Shown in pieces: positions 44,423-56,340 of a stretch of 64,000 nucleotides of DNA. Location: assembly GCA_964016885.1 (NCBI GenBank), contig OZ024743.1:88164001-88228000 (forward strand), given 5' to 3'. A program made the translations under genes and the position numbers. The notes beneath the pieces are model-generated. The model made no database searches and had not been told where the DNA came from. It saw nothing but the letters and a program-made list of their open reading frames with translations. The stretch's first letter is position 1. The number at the start of each line of letters is the position of its first letter. Source of the stretch: Eledone cirrhosa (lineage: Eukaryota).

Positions 44423-44759
44423 GTAAGTTAACTAACTAATTCTATTCCTTCTCTCATTAACTAATTCATTGATTCATTAACACTGTTCTAACATTCTTTC
44501 TCAGCTTACATTTTCACACACACACACACACACACACACCACACCACACACACACATGCACATACTTCAAATATCATATATGCATGTATATATATATTTG
44601 AAGCACAGCATAAATCCTATATAGGCATAAACTAAACTAGAATTAAGTAGTCCTACATAAGACTAAAATAAACCCTAGATAAGACTGATGTACGCCCAAT
44701 GTATGTACGAGATAAGACCAATGTAAGTCCTAGGTATTTACGGGTTAAGACCAAGATGA

Positions 44760-46945
44760 GTCCTAGGTAAGTAGTGATAGGACTGATGTAAACCCTAGGT
44801 TTGTACAAGATAAGACCGATGTAAACCCTAGGTAAGTACTAGATATGACTGATGTAATCCATAGGTAAGTACTAGATATGACTGATGTAAGCCATAGGTA
44901 AATACTAGATAAGACTGATGTAAGCCATAAGTAAGTACTAGATAAGACTAATGTAAGCCATAGGTAAGTACTAGATAAGACTGATGTAAGCCATAGGTAA
45001 GTACTAGATAAGACTGATGTAAGCCATAGGTAAGTACTAGATAAGACTGATGTAAGCCATAGGTAAGTACTAGATAAGAAGACTAATGTAAGCCTTGGGT
45101 AAGTACTAGATATGACTGATGTAAGCCTTGGGTAAGTACTAGATATGACTGATGTAAGCCATAGGTAAGTACTAAGTATGACTGATGTGAGCCATAGGTA
45201 AGTACTAGATAAGACTGATGTAAGCCATAGGTAAGTACTAGATAAGTCTAATGTAAGCCTTGGGTAAGTACTAGATATGACTGATGTAAGCCTTGGGTAA
45301 GTACTAGATATGACTGATGTAAGCCATAGGTAAGTACTAGATAAGACTGATGTAAGCCTTGGGTAAGTACTAAGTATGACTGATGTGAGCCATAGGTAAG
45401 TACTAGATAAGACTGATGTAAGCAATAGGTAAGTACTAGATAAGACTGATGTAAGTCATAGGTAAGTACTAGATAAGACTGATGTAAGCCATAGGTAAGT
45501 ACTAGATAAGACTGATGTAAGCCATAGGTAAGTACTAGATAAGACTGATGTAAGCCATAGGTAAGTACTAGATAAGACTGATGTAAGCCATAAGTAAGTA
45601 CTAGATAAGACTGATGTAAGCCATAGGTAAGTACTAGATAAGACTGATGTAATCCATAGGTAAGTACTAGATATGACTGATGTAAGCCATAAGTAAGTAC
45701 TAGATATGACTGATGTAAGCCATAGGTAAGTACTAGATAAGACTGATGTAAGCCATAGGTAAGTACTAGATATGACTGATGTAATCCATAGGTAAGTACT
45801 ACATATGACTGATGTAAGCCATAAGTAAGTACTAGATATGACTGATGTAAGCCATAGGTAAGTACTAGATATGACTGATGTAAGCCATAGGTAAGTACTA
45901 GATAAGACTGATGTAAGCCATAAGTAAGTACTAGATATGACTGATGTAATCCATAGGTAAGTACTAGATAAGACTGATGTAAGCCTTGGGTAAGTACTAG
46001 ATAAGACTGATGTAAGCCATAGGTAAGTACTAGATAAGACTGATGTAAGCCTTGGGTAAGTACTAGATAAGACTGATGTAAGCCATAGGTAAGTACTAGA
46101 TATGACTGATGTAAGCCTTGGGTAAGTACTAGATAAGACTGATGTAAGCCATAGGTAAGTACTAGATAAGACTGATGTAAGCCTTGGGTAAGTACTAGAT
46201 AAGACTGATGTAAGCCTTGGGTAAGTACTAGATAAGACTGATGTAAGCCATAGGTAAGTACTAGATAAGACTGATGTAAGCCTTGGGTAAGTACTAGATA
46301 AGACTGATGTAAGCCATAGGTAAGTACTAAGTATGACTGATGTGAGCCATAGATAAGTACTAGATAAGACTGATGTAAGCCATAGGTAAGTACTAGATAA
46401 GACTGATGTAAGCCATATGTAAGTACTAGATAAGACTGATGTAAGCCATAGGTAAGTACTAGATAAGACTGATGTAAGCCATAGGTAAGTACTAAGTATG
46501 ACTGATGTGAGCCATAGGTAAGTACTAGATAAGACTGATGTAAGCCATAGGTAAGTACTAGATAAGACTGATGTAAGTCATAGGTAAGTACTAAGTATGA
46601 CTGATGTGAGCCATAGGTAAGTACTAGATAAGACTGATGTAAGCCATAGGTAAGTACTAGATAAGACTGATGTAAGCCATAGGTAAGTACTAGATAAGAC
46701 TAATGTAAGTCATAGGTTAGTACTAAGTATGACTGATGTGAGCCATAGGTAAGTACTAGATAAGACTGATGTAAGCCATAGGTAAGTACTAGATATGACT
46801 GATGTAAGCCATAGGTAAGTACTAGATATGACTGATGTAAGCCTTGGGTAAGTACTAGATAAGACTGATGTAAGCCATAGGTAAGTACTAGATATGACTG
46901 ATGTAAGCCATAGGTAAGTACTAGATATGACTGATGTAACCACAG
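44760..46945. repeat. 33-bp minisatellite, about 65 copies, with degenerate flanks (about 44640-47430)
   Basis: Unit taggtaagtactagataagactgatgtaagcca. Confidence 0.97.
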
Positions 46946-47436
46946 GATAAATTCTATGTCCACATAAGATAAGACCAAACTAAGCCAAAGTTACAAGATA
47001 AGACCAATCTAAGCCAAAGTTACAAGATAAGACAAAATAAGCCAAAGTCCACATGATCATGCCAAGATAAGCTCAAGGCAGATGATAAGCTAAAGATACA
47101 GGACCAGACCGAGTTAAGTCCAATGAACAAGATCAGATTGAGATGAGCCTAAAGCATAAAATAAGACCAATATAAACCTAAAGCATACAGTAAGACCAAT
47201 ATAATCACAAGATAAGACATATGTAAGCCCAAGAGACAAGACCAGGCCAAGATAAGCCCAAGACCACAAGATCAGACATATGAAACCCCAAGCTACAAGA
47301 CAAGACCATAATGAGCCCAAGACACAAGATCTAACAAATATATGTCTCAAGGCAGAAGATAAGACTAATATAAACCTAAGCCATGTGATAAGACCTATTT
47401 AAGCCCATAGCACAAGATCAGATCAATATGTGTTTA

Positions 47437-47727
47437 AGAGTCATGGGCAATCTGTGGCCCGTGAAGCTTTCTGAATGGCTCGCCTAAGTCACCTAAGTGA
47501 AATCTTTCTGATTTTTTTACCCCAACTTTTCAGTTGTAATTTATCGTTCTATCAGTTTTACGATCGAGGAAAACAACATGTACGAATTCTGAAGAAACAA
47601 ATCAAAACAACCTGAGTTACCGCCCTTTTTTAATATGGGCACGAATATAAATTAGCACTTGCAGCCCGCCTGCTGATGAGCCATATCTCATGCGGCCCAC
47701 TTCTCAAAAAAGGTTGCGTATGCCTGG
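47437..47727. mobile_element. Degenerate hAT-like MITE
   Basis: gtcatgggcaatctgtggccc...tgcggccc...aaggttgcgtatgcctg resembles hAT termini and subterminal cggccc motifs. Confidence 0.45.
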
Positions 47728-48609
47728 TTTAAGATAAAACAGGCTTTTAGAGACTTTATTGAATGACTTCACTACTTCTATTGAAACCAATTGTCACAAA
47801 ATACTGACATTCAACCATTATACCATCAGCCATATTAATTTAGTGATACCTGTGTCATTCAAACTAAAAAATTAAACATGTTTGAGGAAAAATTCATGTT
47901 TACAATAATAAGATGGAATTTTACTTCAATTCTTAGTGGAAAGCATTTCACATGTGTTTGTGTGTAGAGAGAGACAGACAAATACAGAACAAGAGTTTTA
48001 AAGCCATTTTCCTCATTAAAATACAGGTTTAGCCTTACAAGCTTCTTCTTGTGGGATCCTTTCTCAGATGTTTTATAGTCACCATGTCCTTCTTTGCACC
48101 AACCCTTTTAATCACCTCTTATAACATGTAGGGTTATACACTGTGTGTATATAGATAGATAGATAGATAGATAGATCATTAGTGATGCTGAATATATTAT
48201 ATTGACATACACACACACATATGTGTGTGTGTATATATATAAGGCACCAGCTGTAAAAATCCCAGCGAAATTTACAGTCCCCTATGAGCAAGGTACAATG
48301 TGGTAAATCTCGCCAGACTTGCTTCAAGATGTGGACAACCCATCTACCCTATGCAAGCATGGAAATTGGACGTTAAACGATGATGATGATGAATATATAT
48401 ATATATAAATAAGAGTTTTGTAGTTCGCTTGAAGTATTGTTGAATAGGAAACAAATTAAAATAATTTTGAAAACCATACAATGCACTAGAAAATTAAAAT
48501 TGCCAAGATAACAATAGAATCTTACCTTAGCAAATTTTCTAAGGTAAGATTCTATTATCTTGGCAATTTTAATTTTCTAGTGCATTGTATGGTTTTCAAA
48601 ATTATTTAG

Positions 48610-48641
<32 letters not shown>

Positions 48642-49063
48642 CATATACATGATTATAAAAACACTAATATTCTTCATTACAGCATCAAATTTTCTTTCCT
48701 GTGTGGCATAAAACGCTTGCACTTATTTCCTATAACACCTATATAACTTGCTTTGTAACCACTGGACCATACCATTACCTCCTGTACCACCCGCTGAGTT
48801 TTTGCTTACTCTTACTGGATCATACCATTATTTCCTGTACCCCCTGCTGAGCTTGTACCTACTCTCACTGGATTGTTACATTATTTCCTGTACCACCTGC
48901 AGAGCTTGTACTTACCTTCACTGGATCATCCCATTGGATCATTCCATTATCATCAAAAAGGCCAGTATGGGGGTGGTATGGAATCCTCTACTGGCTGTCA
49001 TCTGTCAAAGCAGAAGACGGTATACAATGTAATTGGAACAGTGTTTGAAATGTTTCTTTCTAG

Positions 49064-49228
49064 GTGACCTCAGCATAATTATTTCTACTACAGGCGGTAT
49101 TAACACAAGCTTACATGCTGGAGTAGACTCAGGGAAGTGTGTGGAGACAAGTCTAATGAGTAAGGTTGTTGAAGATGCAGCTCCATATCTGTACCCATGC
49201 AGCATTCAGTACAGTCTTATCTGTGCAG
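49064..49228 (+). CDS. OTOP: Otopetrin exon 8 (GDLSIIIS...AAPYLYPCSIQYSLICA)
   Basis: ttctttctag acceptor, G|gtaaca donor; PYLYPC.I.YSLICA motif. Confidence 0.93.
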
Positions 49229-49280
49229 GTAACATTTCATTGTTTTTTGTTTGTTTATCTTAGTATATCTTTACTCTCAA

Positions 49281-49621
49281 CCCTTTAGCATTTACATTAC
49301 TCTATATTTACATGGTAAAGGCTTTACCTCACATAAATATCTCAAATGATATCAAATCTATGAGATTTTGATATTGTTTATTTTGAGAACAATACCTTAA
49401 CTCTTAAGCATTTATATTACTCTATATTTACTATTATATTTTCATGATAAATGCTTTACCTCACATAATTACCTCACATAATATCGAATCTATGAGATTT
49501 CGATATAATTTATTTTGAGAACAATACTTTAACATCAGTATGAGCAGCTGGTTACAGCCAGTTTGAGCAGAAAGTGGTGAAAGAATTCTGGCCGGATACA
49601 GCCAGTTTAAATGCTAAAGGG
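49281..49621. mobile_element. piggyBac-like MITE with internal duplication of its left end
   Basis: (tcaa)ccctttagcattta...taaatgctaaaggg(ttaa); about 120 bp repeated from 49398. Confidence 0.65.
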
Positions 49622-50088
49622 TTAAATATCACTGAGGTTTTATCTATTTGTCTGCAATAATATATATTCCAGCCCATTATTTTAATGCTAAGGGGAAAGT
49701 CTGATATTTGCTATCAAGGGACAGCTATGGCTATGTTTCAGTCTATTACATCTCATCAGCATAGTATAGTCTCACCAAACTGATACAAAATTATGATGAT
49801 ATGCATACATGTATGTGTGTGCGTGTGTGCATATGTGTGTGAGAGCATATGTGTATGTGTGTGTGTGAAAGAGAGGTGGGTGGAGTGGTAAATGAGGATG
49901 GACTGAATGTTGTAGGCAAAAAATAAATTAATTGGAATTTTCCTATTTTGTTAGAAATAGAACAAAAACCAAGCAGCAATTGTTAGTGACTCTCAAAGAA
50001 AAAGGGAGATAATTTCAAGGACTTAAGATTTTATCTCTTAGATTTAACTCATTAGAAAAAAGTCTGGTCTTTGTTTGCTGGCAAGGGA

Positions 50089-50128
50089 CTATGGACATGT
50101 TTCAGTCTATTAGATCTCATCAGCACAG
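50089..50128 (-). ncRNA. Minimal type I hammerhead ribozyme motif (Penelope-type); mutated second copy at 49725-49764
   Basis: Reverse strand ctgtg-CTGATGA-gatctaatagact-GAA-ACATGT-C-catag: complete core, GUC site, palindromic stem III. Confidence 0.65.
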
Positions 50129-52416
50129 TATAGTCTAACCAGGTCTGCATATCATTTGATATATTTTTACAGATAGAAAATGTTACGAATAATTTTTTTG
50201 TCAATATAATTCTGTTTTACTACTATAATGAGATTGTGAAGGATGCCCCAACATGACCCCAGTCTAATGACTGAAACTAGTAAAAAAGTTATATTGGCAA
50301 AAAAATATTCACTAGCTCACCATTACAATGAAACAGAAGTACAATTGTTACAGTCAACTGTAAGTATGTAGGTACCCATAACTCCTGATAGAGATATAGG
50401 GGTGCCATTGTCTTGGATATTTTATATCTCAGGTCTTAACACAACTGATTTCTTCCAGAGAAGGTGAGAGAGTGACAGAGAAGAAGTAAAAGATAGAGAA
50501 AAAATTTACCCCAATACTGGACTGGGACTTTTTTCATTGACATCAAAAGGATGAAGGCAAAGTTGACCTCGGTGGAATTTGAACTCAGAGCACAGAAAGC
50601 CAGCATGAAAACCACAAAACATTCAATCCAACGTTTTAATGACTGCTAATTTGCCACCTTCTCTTGGGTCCCAAATAATAGTGGAGGGGGCTGGAATAAG
50701 CAGGGGAAGGGAGTAGAAAATTGATAAACTGATGTTTTTTTTTTTATCCAGAATTAGTTATTTAGTTTATATATTGAGACCCCAACCCATCCTATTTATT
50801 TTATAACTTTTCTAGTAATGTTATTTTTTGTCATGTATAATGTTTTTAATGTCTAAAGAAAATTGGTGCAGGAATGCTACCATTTAAAATAAAATTCGCT
50901 GGAGATAGATTAACAAAATTCAATAAGTGGGGAGAAGTGGGGTGCGATTATTCAAGAGCCAAGATATTCCTGCATATCGTTAGAAGAAACTAAAAAGATT
51001 GGTGTCAAGAAAAACGTCTGGCAGATAAACACTGCTTCAAAATGTCTCATCCACCCCATGCCAACATGGAAAAGTTGTCATAAAAACTATGATATATGAT
51101 TATATCTACCTTAGTAAAGAGATAAAAAGAAAGACATTTGTCAATTTTCTGAAACAACTCCAATACTATGGGTATATGGTTAGAATATTGCAGGAAAGAA
51201 TCGCTGGACAGATTTTATAGGAAAAACCAACCGGCAGGAGACCCAGGAGTAAACACCAAACAAGATGGTTAGATAACATCCATGAGCTTGGCTGGTCATG
51301 TTTCAGGATCCAGCAGGATCAGTTGGAAATAGTTGCTTCAGACAGGACCCGCCAGAAGGAGTGTGCCCCCACGACCCTCTCAGGAATAAGTGGGCAAAGA
51401 AGAAGATGAGGATTAGAGCCACAAGGTGTTTCCAGTGGCAAGGCAGTGTTTTAGAGATTCAAGACATTATTGGGGAGAAGTGTGTGAGGAATGATAATGT
51501 CTATTTTAGGCATAAGGCCAAGAATTTGTGAGGAGAGAGGAGTCAAGTATATCGACCCCAGTACTTGACTGGTACTTTATTTTGTCAACCTTGGAAGGAT
51601 AAAAATCAAAGTCGGTTTTGGCAGGATTTGAATTCAGAATGTAAAAAGCTGAAACAAATACCATAAAGCCTTTACGTCTCCCTTGATAAACGCCATTGAA
51701 AGCTGGTGAATTGGCAGAACAATTAGAATGTCAGATAAAATGCTTTGCAGTATTCATTCTGGTTCTCTGTGCTCTTGAGTTCAAATCCTGCTGAGGTCAA
51801 CTTAGATTTTCATCCTTTCGAGGTCGATAAAAAAATGTACACCATTACCTGGGCCAGTTCTTTCTCTATATCCCTTTCTTACTTCTCTCCATCATTCTCT
51901 CTCCTTCTCTGATAGAAATCAGCTTTATTCAGACCTAGAGAGGAGATAGTTTCTGGCAAGTTTAAAAAGTGCCCAAGAAACATTGTATGTTTACTAAGGT
52001 GCCCCTACAAATCCACTGGGAGTTATGGGTACCTAGAAGAATCTCCATTGAACTTAAATAATCAATGATAACTATTTAATGTTTGTTGCGTTCATAAAAA
52101 GTGTGTGTGTAAACTTATCTTGTACATCGCCTTTCTTTATTTCCTTCTTCAAGTCACATCTGTGTGCTAGTGCACTTCTCCTTTTCCTCCTCTTTCAATC
52201 TTTTCTGTATTTCCTCTGCTTGTGGATTGTCTCTCTGTCGATCACTGGGCGCTGTCCTCTGAAGCAGTTTTACCCATTGCTGTCATTGACAGCATTTAGC
52301 TGTTTTAACGGCTATTCTAGTAATGAGTTTTCTCATTTTTATATGTATTTAACTTTGAAATATTTCCTTGATTTCCTTCAGTGACACTATTTTTTCTATT
52401 TAATTTCCACCATCAG

Positions 52417-53231
52417 GTATCCTGTATGTGATGTGGTCCAACATCGGTAAACAACTCCTTTACCAATCCAGCGACGAAGAGAGCCAGCGCGAGGCTAAGG
52501 TTCGATCACAGAAGCTAAGTGTCGACTGCTCGTCATCGAGTCGTGGTTTATTTATGGGTATTTTCGTACTGGTGTCTGCCGTCATCTCAATGATAGTCTT
52601 CTTCATGCTAATCAATAATCCGTCTTACACAGACGCAGCCATCCAGCTGGAACACCTTTCTCAAGTCGTCCTCAATGTTATTGCTTCTATAGCACTCATC
52701 CTCGCCTTCGTCAGGATGAAAGATTTGAAATTTAGTTTAAAAAGCGAGCTCTCGCTAGAAGAAATGCTACTAATTGTGTCGTTGCCAGGGGAATATATAT
52801 TCGGCTTCCTCAGTATCATAGCCATTGGTGTGGAAGGGATCGATCGAAGCGGTTTAATTATACTGGTGTCTAGTATTCTCGCCATTTTTGAATCGTCGCT
52901 GCAAACTATGTTTATATTAAATGGCATACGACGCACAGCTCACACTCCTCAACTGCAGAGACAGAAAACTGGACGAGAATTCATAACCTTCCTCATGGTC
53001 TGCAACATAGCCATGTGGGGAATCTACACTTTTGAGATTCATCGCTCCGAATTCAATCCCGCCCAAATGCGTTTCTATGGAGTTATGGCCTGGAATATAT
53101 TCACACATATTTCAATTCCATTAATAATCTTCTTCAGATTCCATTCAACAGTATGTCTCTCCAATATTTGGAAACATGCATGGAAACGAAAGTCAAACAG
53201 TCAAGAGAGTTTGACAAATCTCAACCAATAA
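52417..53231 (+). CDS. OTOP: Otopetrin terminal exon 9 (TM7-TM12)
   Basis: catcag acceptor; SVDC.SSSRGLFMG, LQTMFI, GREFITFLMVCNIAMW, FYG..AW, PLIIFFRFHSTVCL; TAA stop. The joined CDS is 1890 nt and stays in frame. Confidence 0.97.
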
Positions 53232-53396
53232 GAACTGCTTTCTGCAATTATTTCACTCCTTATTTCAATTTAATTTACTTCCACCTTTCCCCATCCCGTT
53301 TTTTTTCTTTAATTTTTTTTTTTTTTTTTATTTCCCTTCATTAATTTTTTATGGTTAATATATTTTTCCCTCCCACATAAAAATCATTTGTTGAAT

Positions 53397-53411
53397 AATA
53401 AAATAATAAAA
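53397..53411 (+). terminator. Candidate polyadenylation signals (AATAAA x2)
   Basis: aataaaaataataaa about 170 bp after the stop; the AT-rich context makes it weak evidence. Confidence 0.35.
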
Positions 53412-54083
53412 ATATTTGATAAAAGAAAGAAAAACGGCGAGTAAACCATTGAAAGCGACATCATAAAAGTTGAAACTTTGAGGAAAATATTTTAAAATGT
53501 TGTATTGATAATAATGATGAGAGTAAGGATCATATTACATCATATTAAACAGCAAACGTAACCTTCTTCATCCGAACACTGACTGAACTATATTTTTTGT
53601 TGCATATTTGACAGAAATTCAAAAAGTTACGTTCACACAAAAGGCATTTATTTTCTTCCACAGAAAACAACATACGAGCTAGGTCGTTGAAATATGAATA
53701 ACAAAACGAAAAAGAATCTTTATTTAAAAACACAAACATGATAACCCCACTATGATATGATATTTAAAAATCAAAGCATCCAATAATTTGTGTGACATAA
53801 AAATGGTATTTTTAACAGAGAAACCTACGTGGTTGTCCAATCGTCGCCATGTTGCCTTGGCTTGTAAGGGGGAGATAACCATGATTGAATGGTTTAAAAA
53901 ATGAAAAACAAACTGCTATGGCTTTAAATTAGCCACGTATCCTAATTGTATATAGCAAGTATTTACTTAGCATGCCTAATATATATATATACATACATAC
54001 ATAATATATATATGTGTGTACAAATACACACATATGTATATATATATACACATACATATATATATACATATACATACACACAT

Positions 54084-54158
<75 letters not shown>

Positions 54159-54289
54159 CACACACACACATATATGTATGTGTGTGTGCATATCACTTTA
54201 AATACATAATGACTAGAAAACATTTTAATCAATTTTACATTCAGATCTTTCCACTTTCTACTGACACATCAAGTGATTAGGGTGAAGGT

Positions 54290-54995
54290 GTGTCTAATTA
54301 ATCTCCCTAGTGACTGTATAGTTAAACTCCCTAATGACATTCTAATAAATCTCTCTAATAACTGCCTAATTACTCTCCCTAAGGACCATATAATTACTCT
54401 CCATAATAACTGTATAATTACTGTCACGAATGATTGTCTAATTAATCTTCTCCATAACTGTTTAATTAATCTCCCTAATGACCATATAATATATCTCCCT
54501 AATGACCATATGGTTAACCTCCATAATGACCATATAATTAACCTCCCTAATGACCATATAATTAACCTCCCTAATGACCATATAATTAATCTCTGTAATG
54601 ACTATATAATTAACCTCATTAATGACCATATAATTAACCTCCCTAATGACCATATAATTAACCTCCCTAATGACCATATAATTAATCTCTGTAATGACTA
54701 TATAATTAACCTCCCTAATGACCTTATAATTAACCTTATTAATGACCATATAATTAACCTCCCTAATGACCATATAATTAACCTCCCTAATGACCATATA
54801 ATTAACCTCCTAATGACTATATAATTAACCTCCCTAATGACTATATAATTAACCTCCATAATGACCATATAATTAATCTCTCTAATGACCATATAATTAA
54901 TCTCTCTAATGACCATATAATAAATCTCCCTAATGACCATATAATGCTCTCTAATGACTATCTAATTACTCTCCTTAGTGACTGTATAATTACAA
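54290..54995. repeat. 24-bp minisatellite (aatgaccatataattaacctccct)
   Basis: Direct reading; the ORFs here are artefacts. Confidence 0.95.
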
Positions 54996-55844
54996 TCCCA
55001 TATCTATGTGTTAAGGAGGGACAGCTTTAGATTTGATTATCATCAGTGCTTATTCCACCCTTTAACATCCTCCTTTCACTCAACAGACTGTTTCAACATG
55101 GTTCTCAAGTATCGCCCATCACTGTTCATTCACTTGTAACTTATTCTCCAAGACAACACAGTTAATCACCCTCACACTGATGAAGCTTTACAAAAGACAC
55201 TGAAACATGCTGCCCTCTTTCTCACATAAGTGATAGCATACATTTACATATTCCTTCTCCCATTTAATATAACCAGTTGTTGTTAGAAAAAGAAAGTGAT
55301 AAATAACTTTACATCTTGTATTTAATTTAACTAAATCAAAAAGGCATAAATGAAAGACACTATAGTTGTAACCTCCAATATATATATACATACATATATA
55401 TATGTGTATATATATATATATGCATACATATATATATATATATATATATACATACATATATATGTACATCCATATATATATATGTACATACATATATCTA
55501 CATACATATGTGTGTATATATATGTATATATATATATGTGTGTGTATATATATATATATATGCATATATATATATTCATATACATATGTATATATATATA
55601 TATGTGTACATATATATGTATATATATATATATATATGTGTACACACATATATATATATACATATGTATATGTACACACATATACACAATGTACATACAC
55701 ACCCATATACATATACATAAATGATTTCTTTAGTTGTTTCTTTTTGTTATTTTCTTTTAAAATCTTTTCTTTATTTCTTTTTTTATTTTTTGTTGTTGAT
55801 GTTGTTTTGTGTTTTGTTAAATATTCTATAATTAATTAGCTGTA

Positions 55845-56340
55845 TAGTACAGTACAGTACAGTAGAGCTATTGACAGTTATGACGGTACAGTACAGTTGA
55901 GATATTGACAGTTGTGACAGTACAGTAGTTATGACAGTAGAGGACAGTTGTTGACAGTCTAGTAGAGTTATGACACTACAGTACAGTTGTTGACACTACA
56001 GTAGAGTTATGACACTACAGTACAGTTGTTGACAGTATAGTAGAGTTATGACACTACAGTACAGTTGTTGACACTACAGGACAGTTATTGACAGTAGAGT
56101 ACAGTTATTGACAGTAGAGTAGTTGTGAAGGTAGAAGGCAGGATAGTACAGTTGTTGGCAGTAGAATTATTGACAGTTATTGAAAGTTGTGTTGTTGACA
56201 ATACATTAGAGTTATTGACAGTACGACACTCTATACTTATTGACAGTACAGTACAACATTACACGTATTAACAGTTATGACAGTACTGCTATTGACAATA
56301 TATTACAATTATTGACAGGACAGTACAGTACAACACTCTA
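55845..56340. repeat. Degenerate about 20-bp repeat (tgacagtacagtagagtta)
   Basis: Direct reading of the sequence. Confidence 0.8.

Noticed and set aside
54273-54940. 183-aa (NDHIINLP)n ORF
   Set aside because: Artefact of the 24-bp minisatellite.
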